Source: a virus
Lineage: Duplodnaviria > Caudoviricetes
DNA: 38,278 nucleotides
Direction: 5' to 3' (one strand)
IMG/VR virus record: IMGVR_UViG_3300031449_000029
Location: 1 to 38,278 of that record
The translations under genes were made by a program, and so were the position numbers. Position 1 is the stretch's first letter. Each line of letters begins with the position of its first letter. Of this stretch, positions 26,707 through 35,544 are shown piece by piece. The notes beneath the pieces were generated by a model that ran no database searches, was not told the origin of the DNA, and saw nothing but the letters and a program-made list of their open reading frames with translations.

Positions 26707-27644
26707 TTGAGGAGAGAGAAGCGGAGAATGTTGATGTAGAGGAACGGGAGTTCCATCCGGTCGCCAATCTGTTCCCTTTGCTGGAAGGCGAAGGCTTTGA
26801 GGCTCTTGTCGAGGATATTCGCGTCCATGGGCTGCGCCATGCTGTTGTGCTCCATGAAGGGAAGATCGTCGATGGGCGCAATCGCTATCGGGCCTGCCGT
26901 GCGGCGGGTATCGCGCCACGGTATCAGGAGTGGGACGGTGAGGGGTCGCTCGTCGCCTTCTCCGTGTCCGAGAACATGCGCCGTCGTGATTTGACGCCGC
27001 CGCAGAAGGCAGCGGTCGCGGTTGACCTGCTCCCTCTTTTGCGGGAAGAAGCCCTGGAGCGTAAGGCGCAGGGGGGGCGCGGCGGCTTCCGCGCCAGTGT
27101 TGGGGAGGGGTCTATGGACGTTGAGGACGCGGGCGAGATGCGTGCCGACGAAGATAAGGCATTTTTGCCTTATCTTGGGCAAGCGCGCGATCAAGCGGGG
27201 AGCATGGTGGGGGTGAGCCCACGGTATGTGTCGGATGCTACCCGCGTCAAGAAGAACGCGCCCGCCGCGTTTGAGGAGTTGCGCGCGGGGACAATCACGA
27301 TGCCCCAGGCGACGGTGATTGCCCGCGCGCCCGTTGACGAGCGACCTTCCATGACCGCACAGACCGTTGCGCGGAACGCGGCGCCTCCGACGCCGCGGCA
27401 ACCCCGCACGGGTGAGCCGTTGCATCGCGCGCGCATGGGCAAGTTGACCATCGATGAGCGCGCGCGGTATGAGGCCACCGTGTATCGTTCCTTGCGCGCC
27501 TTGCCGTGGCGCGCGTTGGAGGCGCTGCTGGAGTTCGGACTGCTGGAGAACATGACCACAAAGACGCTGCTGCGTCTGTGTCGCGAGGTGCGGCAGGACA
27601 AAGGGATGGATAGCACGGAGGGGGCACGAGATGGTAGCCGTTAG
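26703..27644 (+). CDS. ParB/Srx N-terminal domain protein with HTH
   Basis: HPVANLFPLL, LVEDIRVHGL, IVDGRNRYRAC, SENMRRRDLT, MVGVSPRYV. Confidence 0.85.
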   Translation: MIEEREAENVDVEEREFHPVANLFPLLEGEGFEALVEDIRVHGLRHAVVLHEGKIVDGRNRYRACRAAGIAPRYQEWDGEGSLVAFSVSENMRRRDLTPPQKAAVAVDLLPLLREEALERKAQGGRGGFRASVGEGSMDVEDAGEMRADEDKAFLPYLGQARDQAGSMVGVSPRYVSDATRVKKNAPAAFEELRAGTITMPQATVIARAPVDERPSMTAQTVARNAAPPTPRQPRTGEPLHRARMGKLTIDERARYEATVYRSLRALPWRALEALLEFGLLENMTTKTLLRLCREVRQDKGMDSTEGARDGSR

Positions 27645-28596
27645 CATGGCCGGATCCAGGGGCAAGCCGGTTATCCCCTGGGATGTGCGGTGGGTTCCCG
27701 TGGCCGATCTGCGCGTTGATGAGGCGTATCAACGCGCCAAGGAACCCGCTATCGTGGCACGGCTCGCCGCGCGTTTCAATGTGGACATCGCGGGGCCATT
27801 GCGCGTGAGTGAGCGCGACGATGGGAGTTTATGGGTGGTCGATGGGCAGCATCGACTGGATGCCTTGCGGGCGCTTGGGTATGAGGTGGCGTACTGCTAC
27901 GTCGAGCGCGGACGCCAACGCGTCGAGGCGCGTGGCTATGTAAAGTTAAATGCGGGCACCAAGGTAAAGGCGCTCAGGCGGTTCAAGGCGACCTTGATCG
28001 CGGCCGATGACCCCGCTATTGTTGCCGTAGACGCCTTGATTTCCGCGAGCGGTTTTGTTATCGCCTATGATCGAAACACTGATGGCCCTGAGTCGTTCCG
28101 CGCAGTATCGACGGCGCTCAGGATCTATCGCGTGCGCGCCACTGATGGGGCGCAGGGGCGGGAGAGGCTCGCGCGTGTCCTTTCCCTGGCGCGGGAGACG
28201 TGGCCTGATACGCCGGGTGGTGGGCAGAGCGTTATCCTCAAGGCGCTTGACAGCCTCTTAACGACCGCGCGCGGCGCCGCGCTGAACCGCGCGCGTTTCG
28301 TGCGCGTCGTCGGGGCGGCGATAAACCCTGGCGAGGTCGCCATTACGGCCCATCAGCGTAGTCGCGCGCACGGCTATTCAGCGGAGCAGTGGGCGCTCAA
28401 TGACATGATCGAGGCCTACAACAAAAAGTTGCAGGACCCCGCGCGGCGTTTACTCAAGCCGATTCCCACCTATGCCGCTCACGATGAGGCCGTTGACGAG
28501 GTGGCCGGCGACGATACCCTGTTCGACGGCGCGTCCGGCGCTCTATTCGGAACCGATACGACCATGAACCACGATGAGAGGAGGGCGATCCTATGA
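27631..28596 (+). CDS. ParB/Srx-fold protein (YQR...DGQHR type)
   Basis: LRVDEAYQR, LRVSERDDGSLWVVDGQHRLDAL, EARGYVKLN. Confidence 0.8.
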   Translation: MVAVSMAGSRGKPVIPWDVRWVPVADLRVDEAYQRAKEPAIVARLAARFNVDIAGPLRVSERDDGSLWVVDGQHRLDALRALGYEVAYCYVERGRQRVEARGYVKLNAGTKVKALRRFKATLIAADDPAIVAVDALISASGFVIAYDRNTDGPESFRAVSTALRIYRVRATDGAQGRERLARVLSLARETWPDTPGGGQSVILKALDSLLTTARGAALNRARFVRVVGAAINPGEVAITAHQRSRAHGYSAEQWALNDMIEAYNKKLQDPARRLLKPIPTYAAHDEAVDEVAGDDTLFDGASGALFGTDTTMNHDERRAIL

Positions 28597-29453
28597 TCGC
28601 GCAGTCGGAAAGCACGGAGATGATCGTTCCTTTGAGCAATCCGGTACTGGGCTTTGAGGAGATCTTGGCGTCGCTGGACAGCGTTGGAGTGGATGATGGA
28701 CCGGACGGCTATCAGCGGCCGATCAGCAACCAGAAAATAGCGGCGCTGATGCCCTACGATGTGTCCTTTGGCGGAACGGTTGCCGTGAACGCGCGTCCGG
28801 ATGGCATGCTCTATTGCTTCGACGGTGGACATCGGATGGAGGCGGCGCGCCGAACGGGGTATACACATATCCCGGCGCGCCTGTATCACTTATCGCGCAT
28901 GCAAGAGGCTCGCTATTTCATTGAACTGAATTGGGCGACGCTGGGGGTGAGTCCCGGCGATAAGTTCCGTGCATTGGCGGTCGCCGAGGACGAGGACACC
29001 TGCGCGATAAAAGCCACGATCGAGGCGCATGGTTTCGTGATCGACTACCTCAACAATGGAGGGCGCGCGGCCGACGCGATTGCGGCAGTCGATACAGCGC
29101 GCGCGCTTTGTTCGGAGGGGCGTGGGCAAAGCTTTACGGTTGCGCCCCTGGCTGAGACGCTTGACCTTATCATGGGTCCGTGGAAAGGCCAGCCGGGGAA
29201 CGGCACGACCTATCTGCTGCGCGCAACCGCCGGCGTGGGTATGCAAGCGGGCCGCATCGGGCGCTCGGTCGATCCTGCGGTGTTTACGGACCGGATGCGG
29301 GTGTACACCCCCGCCCTGTTGACGCGGGCGGGGGGGCTTCTCGCCAAGACGCATAATGTTCCCCTGTGGCGGGGGATGGGCCAGAAGATGATCGATGAGC
29401 TGAACGCGAGGTTACCAGCACAGAGCAAGAACCGCGTACCACCGCTTATCTAG
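28593..29453 (+). CDS. ParB/Srx-fold protein, paralogue of preceding gene
   Basis: GYQRP, VNARPDGMLYCFDGGHRMEAA, EARYFIELN. Confidence 0.8.
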   Translation: MIAQSESTEMIVPLSNPVLGFEEILASLDSVGVDDGPDGYQRPISNQKIAALMPYDVSFGGTVAVNARPDGMLYCFDGGHRMEAARRTGYTHIPARLYHLSRMQEARYFIELNWATLGVSPGDKFRALAVAEDEDTCAIKATIEAHGFVIDYLNNGGRAADAIAAVDTARALCSEGRGQSFTVAPLAETLDLIMGPWKGQPGNGTTYLLRATAGVGMQAGRIGRSVDPAVFTDRMRVYTPALLTRAGGLLAKTHNVPLWRGMGQKMIDELNARLPAQSKNRVPPLI

Positions 29454-29534
29454 AGGACGATGGGCATGCATTGAAGGGGACGGATGGACTGTTTGCCATC
29501 CGTCCCCTCTGGCGTAAGCGGAAGGGGGTAGGCC

Positions 29535-29741
29535 ATGATGCTCACGAAGGACGATGCTGAGAAGCGGGCCGAAGCCCTCAAGCATCGCCTCGGCCCGTGG
29601 CGCGACGGAGCCGGCGGCGAGAGCGCGGGGTGTTTGCGGCGGGGGTGCGCGTTCGCCGCGTTGCAGGGGCACAGCGGCTACTTCCTAACCAGCGAGAAAG
29701 CGTGCGCGGCCGGGAAGCGGCTGGCGGGAGCGGTGCGCTGA
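29535..29741 (+). CDS. Small His/Cys repeat-family protein, paralogue 6
   Basis: LTKDDAEKRAEALKHRLGPW...CLRRGC...C. Confidence 0.6.
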   Translation: MMLTKDDAEKRAEALKHRLGPWRDGAGGESAGCLRRGCAFAALQGHSGYFLTSEKACAAGKRLAGAVR

Positions 29742-29992
29742 TGCTGTTGTCGCAATGTCCCGAGCCGTTGACGGGTCTGCACTTTCGCGCCGAGAGCATG
29801 GACACGATCATGCGCGTTCATGAGCGTCTGCATGAGAGGCGCATTTCGTTCATCCCGCTGTACCAGTACCTCGTCGTGACCGCTCAGGACGCCAGGAGCG
29901 TGGTTCAGATAGGCATAGGGTGCGGGACGCGTATTGAGATCGACGACGATGAGACGGTCTTGGATATGGATAAGGGTCCTCGTGATGGCTGA
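29741..29992 (+). CDS. Hypothetical protein
   Basis: TGATG overlap. Confidence 0.5.
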   Translation: MLLSQCPEPLTGLHFRAESMDTIMRVHERLHERRISFIPLYQYLVVTAQDARSVVQIGIGCGTRIEIDDDETVLDMDKGPRDG

Positions 29993-30284
29993 GGCTGATG
30001 TGAAAGCGAGAGAGGCGCGGGATCGGGTCGCGGAGTGGGCGGCCTATCTCGTGGGCAAGGGCTATAGCGATGTGCGTGTGGGCTACGAGCAACATACGTA
30101 CACCATCATCACGAGCTACCGTGTGGTGGAGGAGCACCACGCGGGTTGCTGGCCACCACGTGAGATACGGGCGGACACAACAGCCGACGTGGGATTGTGC
30201 CTGCGAAAAACGCGTGATCCTGAGTCGCGGGTTACGTCGCTGTGCGGGTTGCCGAGGGAGCACGCGGGGAGGTGTCACGCATGA
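29985..30284 (+). CDS. Hypothetical protein with C-terminal Cys/His motif
   Basis: C...CGLPREHAGRCH; overlaps neighbours. Confidence 0.55.
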   Translation: MAEADVKAREARDRVAEWAAYLVGKGYSDVRVGYEQHTYTIITSYRVVEEHHAGCWPPREIRADTTADVGLCLRKTRDPESRVTSLCGLPREHAGRCHA

Positions 30285-30559
30285 TCTTTGAGAGAGTCCC
30301 GTACATCTACGCGGTGCGCGTCTATCTGCGCTACAAGGGTGTGACGTACTCCTACGAGGAGATGTTCGAGGACGCCCACATGGCCGATTATCAATACCGT
30401 GAGGGCAACTACGCGTGCGACTGCAACCGTAGCCTTTTCATCGGCCGTTATTGTGACCCCGACTTTCCCGAGTTGGTCTGCGGGGAAGAGATAGAATTGG
30501 TGGCGCTGACGCCGGTTGAGACGATCATTGCGGAGGCGAGTCATGAACGATTGGGGTGA
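30281..30559 (+). CDS. Hypothetical protein (GNYACDCNR motif)
   Basis: GGAGGT RBS; ATGA overlap. Confidence 0.65.
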   Translation: MIFERVPYIYAVRVYLRYKGVTYSYEEMFEDAHMADYQYREGNYACDCNRSLFIGRYCDPDFPELVCGEEIELVALTPVETIIAEASHERLG

Positions 30560-30821
30560 GGCAGAGGAGAGGGACGCGCCCCGCGCAAAGCATGCGTTGA
30601 GCGCGACCGTGACGGTGCGCTTCGCGCCTGACGAGGCTGAGATGTTGCGGGGCGTCGCTAAGGAACGAGGGCTGTCCTATACGGCGGTGGTGCGGGCAGC
30701 GGTTAAGGCATTTGCGAAGACTGGGGCGATTCCGACTGTGAGGACCCGCAACATCACCTTTGACGACAGAGGGCGCCCCGTATCAGGAGCAAGGGGAGAT
30801 GCGCGTGATGACGGACGCTAA
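30543..30821 (+). CDS. Ribbon-helix-helix (CopG-like) protein
   Basis: TVTVRFAPDEAEMLRGVAKERGLSYTAVVRAAV. Confidence 0.75.
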   Translation: MNDWGEAEERDAPRAKHALSATVTVRFAPDEAEMLRGVAKERGLSYTAVVRAAVKAFAKTGAIPTVRTRNITFDDRGRPVSGARGDARDDGR

Positions 30822-31086
30822 GGGTGATTGGATTGAGGAGGGGCGCGACCGATGGGTGCTGTACACCCACGCGCCGCGCATGGAGATGGTCCCCATGGGC
30901 CTCGTGCGGCCGGTGCACGTGGGGCTGTTGCGCCGACAGCGGTACCAAGCGTGGGTCAGTGTCGGAGACCGCTCGGACGGCACGCTTGCTTTGCTGACGA
31001 CGGAGGATACGTTGGAGGATGCTAGGGCCGTTGTTCAGGGGGACGTACCCGTGCCGCGTCATCAAACGCGGTATGGGAAGAGGTGA
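30799..31086 (+). CDS. Hypothetical protein
   Basis: ORF in operon with RBS. Confidence 0.5.
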   Translation: MRVMTDAKGDWIEEGRDRWVLYTHAPRMEMVPMGLVRPVHVGLLRRQRYQAWVSVGDRSDGTLALLTTEDTLEDARAVVQGDVPVPRHQTRYGKR

Positions 31087-31089
31087 TGA

Positions 31090-31314
31090 ATGTCCACCGT
31101 TGAGTACTGCGATGTCTGCGGCAGGGAGGCGTGCGACACGGGCAACCCATTTGTGTCGCGCGGGATATTCACGGATACCAAGCCGCCATTCGGCGCGTGG
31201 CTCTGCTGGAAGTTATGTGGCGCGTGTACGACGTTCACCCGCACACAGTTAGAGCAACGGAGGCGTGAGATAGGCGTTGTGCCGCCTAAACGGCGATTGT
31301 TTGGGCGGCGTTAG
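31090..31314 (+). CDS. Small zinc-finger protein
   Basis: CDVC...LCGAC; GAGGTG RBS. Confidence 0.6.
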   Translation: MSTVEYCDVCGREACDTGNPFVSRGIFTDTKPPFGAWLCWKLCGACTTFTRTQLEQRRREIGVVPPKRRLFGRR

Positions 31315-31348
31315 GGGTGGGCGCACGTCGCGCCCACCCCTCTCTTTG
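31314..31348 (+). terminator. Intrinsic terminator between convergent genes
   Basis: 11-bp perfect stem GGGGTGGGCGC/GCGCCCACCCC followed by TCTCTTTG. Confidence 0.75.
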
Positions 31349-31350
31349 TG

Positions 31351-31539
31351 TTACCCGTCGCGCTTGCTAGTCTTCAGGCCACGTTGCTCTAACCACTCTA
31401 CGATAGCCTTACGCGCTACAACCGCAAGGGAAGTCAGATGTTCGGCGTCGGCTGCTTCCTGGAGCGCCGCCTTCTCATCGGCCGTCAAGCGTACCATCAT
31501 GCGTTCGGTGTAGATCAAGTCTCGCCTCCTTCTATCCAT
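31351..31539 (-). CDS. Ribbon-helix-helix protein (MobC/CopG-like)
   Basis: RMMVRLTADEKAALQEAADAEHLTSLAVVARKAI; AGGAGG RBS on minus strand. Confidence 0.75.
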   Translation of the reverse strand: MDRRRRDLIYTERMMVRLTADEKAALQEAADAEHLTSLAVVARKAIVEWLEQRGLKTSKRDG

Positions 31540-31605
31540 GCGCGCCGCTGCCCTCCTGCTACATCACGTCTAGCAACTATAGGCGGCGCGGCGTCCTGTT
31601 TGGCG

Positions 31606-31634
31606 TTGCTAAACGTTGCTTTATAGGGTATCAT
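31606..31634 (+). promoter_or_regulatory. Promoter of transfer-like operon
   Basis: TTGCTA-N17-TATCAT with repeated CGTTGCT and upstream TAGCAAC. Confidence 0.6.
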
Positions 31635-31715
31635 GAATCAACAGCGATGCGGGGACGCCTTCGGGCTACCCGTAACGCCGCATCACCGTCAATGGATACG
31701 AGAGGGCGAACAGCG

Positions 31716-32357
31716 ATGAAGGGGACGGCGCACAGGCTAACAGGGGCGATCGTCGGCGCGACCTACGGCGCGGTGTCGCCGTGGCCCGCCATGGCGCTGC
31801 CTTGTGCCGTCATCGCCGCGTGCGCCGCCCTTGCTCCTGACCTCGACACGCCCAAGTCGATCGCCACAAAGTTCGTCAATCGCACGATCATCCTGCGACC
31901 TCTGCGGTGGTTCGCCGCGCTGATCTCGGGTGGGCCTGACAATCACCGTACCACGACGCACTGGCTACCGTTGTGGGCGCTGCTGGCCTACGGGGGCGTC
32001 TACGGCCTGCACCCCGTGTGGTGGGCGCACATGGCGCTCACGGCGTTCGCTGGTGGCTACTTACTCCATCTTGCCGAGGACGCCATGACGACCGACGGCA
32101 TCCCCGTTGTGGCGTTACGCTGGCTGCCCATCCTGCGTTTGCCGCTCCTCGTGCCGGGCGGCCACTGGCATATCCTGCCGCCGGGCGTGCGCTTCCCAAG
32201 CGGGGCGCCCTTGCGCGAAAAGATAGCGGTCGGCCTGATCCTCGTGGGGTGCGCCGTCGTCGTCTCCGACCACTACAGCCTTGCCGCGCACGCCGCCTAC
32301 CTCGTGGCCGTGGCGCATCTCGCGCACGATTTGCACGCCGCCGTAGGGGCGCTGTAA
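31716..32357 (+). CDS. Membrane metal-dependent hydrolase (YdjM-like)
   Basis: MKGTAH, APDLD, HRTTTHW, GYLLHLAEDAMTTDGIP with transmembrane segments. Confidence 0.85.
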   Translation: MKGTAHRLTGAIVGATYGAVSPWPAMALPCAVIAACAALAPDLDTPKSIATKFVNRTIILRPLRWFAALISGGPDNHRTTTHWLPLWALLAYGGVYGLHPVWWAHMALTAFAGGYLLHLAEDAMTTDGIPVVALRWLPILRLPLLVPGGHWHILPPGVRFPSGAPLREKIAVGLILVGCAVVVSDHYSLAAHAAYLVAVAHLAHDLHAAVGAL

Positions 32358-32390
32358 TGCGCGCGGGGATGTGGATGCGCGCCCCACTGA

Positions 32391-32483
32391 CGTGTGGCCG
32401 TGTGGGCCGTTTCCATGCACACAGAGGGGCGTCTGGGAACTTGGGCAGAGGTCGTGTGGATACGTGTGGTCAGGGGCGTGTGG
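32391..32483 (+). repeat. Five CGTGTGG direct repeats in an intergenic gap (candidate RHH sites/oriT)
   Basis: At 32391, 32399, 32453, 32463, 32477. Confidence 0.6.
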
Positions 32484-32511
32484 CCGTGGGCATCGGAAAG
32501 GATGCGCACGC

Positions 32512-32979
32512 ATGGTAGCCAGCAAAGCGGACCGGCCCGGTGGTGAGCGTCCTGAGCGCGCGGAGAAGCGGGCCGTCAACATCTCCCTGTCGGTGGCGCT
32601 GATCGACCGGCTGGAGACGGAGACGGCGCGGCGCAAGATGGATCGCTCGGCGCTGCTGACGGAGTACGCGGAAGCGGGCTTGTCGGGTGGGGTGCGGCCA
32701 ATGCCCGCGCCGGTGGTCGTTGGCCTGCCAGCCGGCGACGTGGAGCGCATTGCGGACGCGCTGGCCGCGCGGTTACCTCAGAGCACGGCACGTGAACAAG
32801 GGAACGAGGATGATCTGCGTGGGCTGCCGGCGCGGCTGCTGGAGGGGCTGACGGTGGTCTCGCGGCAGTTGGAGGTGGTCTCGCGGCAGTTGCAGATCGT
32901 GACGGCGGTCGGCCGGGACGCGGAACGAGACGCGGAGACACAAGCGAAAAAGTCGAAACGACGGTGGGGGCGGCGATGA
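32512..32979 (+). CDS. RHH-domain protein with C-terminal coiled coil
   Basis: RAVNISLSVALIDRLETETARRKMDRSALLTEYAEAGL; heptad duplication VVSRQLE/VVSRQLQ. Confidence 0.7.
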   Translation: MVASKADRPGGERPERAEKRAVNISLSVALIDRLETETARRKMDRSALLTEYAEAGLSGGVRPMPAPVVVGLPAGDVERIADALAARLPQSTAREQGNEDDLRGLPARLLEGLTVVSRQLEVVSRQLQIVTAVGRDAERDAETQAKKSKRRWGRR

Positions 32980-34913
32980 AAGCGCGTCTAGCGGTAGCGA
33001 CGGCGGGACTGGCCACGCTGGGCGCGGGGGCCTATGTCTGCGCCCCGACCGTGGAGCGTGTGACGCCTATCGTGCAGCGCGCGGCCCATGCTCTGACCCT
33101 CCCGCTAGACGCGCCAACGCTGCACCAGGACACTGTCCTTGCTACACGAACGTGGACGCGTCTACGGGGCGATGTGGTGATGGCTGGCGCTGTTCCCCTC
33201 TACGGGGGCAGCGCGGCGCTCCTAGGGCTTCTGGTGATGATCGGCGCGGTGGCCGTGCGACGCTCCAGCACCGACGAAAAAGTTGACGTGCGCGAGACGG
33301 AGTTGCTGGAGGGCGCGCACTGGGCGACGGAACGCGAGCTCGTGACCTACCGACGGCCGACGACGACGCTTCCCATCAGGCTCGGGCAACCGTGCGGGGT
33401 GACGGCGAAAGGGCGTGTCACGACAAAGGGGAAGGATTTGCGGATGCCGCGGCGGTTGGCCCGCGAGAACATGCTGATCGTGGCTCCGCCCGGCGCGGGC
33501 AAAAGTAGCGACCTCATCGCGGCCCTCCTTGACATGGGGACGGCCCGCGCCGACGCGCCCTCGATCTTCGCGTGGGACCCCAAGGGCGAGGTCGCCCGCA
33601 CGTGCGCGGCGCGACTGCGGCGCGTGGGGTACGAGGTCCTGGAGTTGCACCCGTTCCTTGACCGCGGACGTATCAACCCCCTGCATTGGTGTACGTCGGC
33701 GCGCTGGATTGAGACCTTCCTGTCGGCGTGGCTGGCGAATACCGAGAGCGGTGTTGGGGGCACGTCCGACGAGGTGCATGAGGGCTGGACGCGACAGATC
33801 GTCGGGGCGGCGATCCTCGCCTTGCGCGGGCGGCACGGCGACGACGCCACCCTGCCCCTCGTGTTTCGGACGCTGGACGGCGACCCCGACGCGGTGTACG
33901 CCCTGCTGAAAGAGGCTGACGACGAGGGCGCGGGCGCGGCGACGTGGCATCGCTTGATGACGGGGCCGCAGGGGACGTTCGACCGCCAGCGCACCTCGAT
34001 CAAGACGCGTGGCGCGGCGTTCAAGGAGCCGTCCATGCGCCGGTTCGTGGAGGGCCATGACCTGGACTTGGACCGCCTACTGACGCGCACGGGGAAGCCT
34101 CTGGCGGTGTTCTATCAACTGCCAACCGCGACGCAAGAGATGGTCCTCCCGTTGACGGCAGGCATCGTGGCGCTGCTGTTTGCCAAGGTGGGCGACTACG
34201 CGGCCGGCGCGGAGATCGAACGCGATCTGCTCTGCATTTTCGACGAGGCGGGGTCGGGCGCCGTTATTCCCTCATTGCCGCAAGGGTTGAACACGCTCCG
34301 CGGCGCGGGCGTGGCACAGCTTATCATCGTGCAGTACCTCGACCAATTGCTGCGCTATGGGAAAGCGGGGAAAGCGGGGATCGAGGCGGGATGTGGGACG
34401 TGGATCGGCATGGGCGGCATGTTGCCGGAGGATGCCCAGCGGTTCGCCGAGCGGTTGGGCGAACGGAGTGTGCGCGTTGAAAAGACGGCGGTGGGAACGG
34501 ACGCCAAAACAGGCAAGACGCGGCGGCGTGTGGCGGCCCCTGAGATCGTCGCGCGCCCCTTACTGACGGAGTTGCAGATCCGGCACCTGCCGCGCGCGGT
34601 GCGCCTCGTGTGCCCGCGTGACACCGCGCCGACGTTGACATACTCGCGCCCCTATTTTGAGGAGCGTCGTCTGTCGCGGCGCGTCGTGACGGAGAGCACG
34701 GCTGATGCCCCGCCGTCGCGGAAAGAGGCGCAGCGGTCTGCTCAGGCCGTGCCGGAAGTGATGGAGAGGGTAGAGAGAGAAGGGGAGAGGATGACGGATG
34801 CGCCGGCAGTGGAAGGGGTGGACACGCGCCTCGACGCGGGGTGGATGGCTCCGGTGACGGGCGATGGGTGGATGGTCGGAGCGGGAACAGGCGAGACAGA
34901 GAGAAGGGTGTAG
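32976..34913 (+). CDS. VirD4/TraG-like type IV coupling protein
   Basis: N-terminal TM, GAHWA, Walker A APPGAGKS, WDPKGE, INPL, IFDEAG, LRGAG, VQYLDQL..YG. Confidence 0.88.
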   Translation: MKARLAVATAGLATLGAGAYVCAPTVERVTPIVQRAAHALTLPLDAPTLHQDTVLATRTWTRLRGDVVMAGAVPLYGGSAALLGLLVMIGAVAVRRSSTDEKVDVRETELLEGAHWATERELVTYRRPTTTLPIRLGQPCGVTAKGRVTTKGKDLRMPRRLARENMLIVAPPGAGKSSDLIAALLDMGTARADAPSIFAWDPKGEVARTCAARLRRVGYEVLELHPFLDRGRINPLHWCTSARWIETFLSAWLANTESGVGGTSDEVHEGWTRQIVGAAILALRGRHGDDATLPLVFRTLDGDPDAVYALLKEADDEGAGAATWHRLMTGPQGTFDRQRTSIKTRGAAFKEPSMRRFVEGHDLDLDRLLTRTGKPLAVFYQLPTATQEMVLPLTAGIVALLFAKVGDYAAGAEIERDLLCIFDEAGSGAVIPSLPQGLNTLRGAGVAQLIIVQYLDQLLRYGKAGKAGIEAGCGTWIGMGGMLPEDAQRFAERLGERSVRVEKTAVGTDAKTGKTRRRVAAPEIVARPLLTELQIRHLPRAVRLVCPRDTAPTLTYSRPYFEERRLSRRVVTESTADAPPSRKEAQRSAQAVPEVMERVEREGERMTDAPAVEGVDTRLDAGWMAPVTGDGWMVGAGTGETERRV

Positions 34914-34917
34914 GACA

Positions 34918-35145
34918 ATGAGCGACTTATTTGGATTGGGCGGCGTTTTTTCGGATCTTGCGAAGGCGCTGGAGGTGGTCGGTGGCACGATCGTCACGGT
35001 CGTGCTCCTAGCGGGCGTGATCCTGATGGCGACACGGCATAAGTCAGGGGCGGGCGTCGTCATTACCGGCCTCGTGGCCCTCATCCTCCTCATCATCGTG
35101 GCGGGGCCGGCCCAGGCCTACCTGCACACGCGCATCCACGGCTAG
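34918..35145 (+). CDS. Small two-TM protein, VirB2/pilin-like
   Basis: 75 aa, two hydrophobic segments; lies before VirB3/VirB4-like genes. Confidence 0.6.
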   Translation: MSDLFGLGGVFSDLAKALEVVGGTIVTVVLLAGVILMATRHKSGAGVVITGLVALILLIIVAGPAQAYLHTRIHG

Positions 35146-35163
35146 GGAAAGGGCGCAGGACCG

Positions 35164-35538
35164 ATGGCCTTGACGCATCAGACGGCGCGCTGGCTCGATG
35201 AACCAGCGCGCCCCCTTGGCAAGTACCGTTATGTCGACCAGTTGTCGCTGGCGCAATGCGCGGGCGCGCTGGTCGGCCTCCTTGCAGGGGCTATTGCGTT
35301 ATGGGTCACGCTGCCCCTGCTGGGCATCTTTGCGCTCTCGGTGGGCATCATAGCCGCCGTGGTCGTGGGGGGGGCGCTGATCCTGCTGATGGCGGGCCGT
35401 AAAGAGCCCTACGCGCGCCAACTGGGCCGCCACGCGCGCCGCCGTATTGTGCGGATGGCGCGCGCACAATTGAAGCGGCCAGTTGCGTCTGCGATCCCCG
35501 TGGCCGATGACGCGGGCGTCGTGGAGTGGGAGGGCTAG
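35164..35538 (+). CDS. PrgI/VirB3-like membrane protein
   Basis: LDEP..., two TM helices, directly before VirB4-like ATPase. Confidence 0.6.
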   Translation: MALTHQTARWLDEPARPLGKYRYVDQLSLAQCAGALVGLLAGAIALWVTLPLLGIFALSVGIIAAVVVGGALILLMAGRKEPYARQLGRHARRRIVRMARAQLKRPVASAIPVADDAGVVEWEG

Positions 35539-35544
35539 AGCGCG

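Noticed and set aside
26160-27665. 501-aa minus-strand ORF and other long antisense ORFs (1609-2634, 8829-9716, 14632-15603, 37260-38183)
   Set aside because: Shadow frames of motif-bearing genes in GC-rich DNA, with no motifs of their own.
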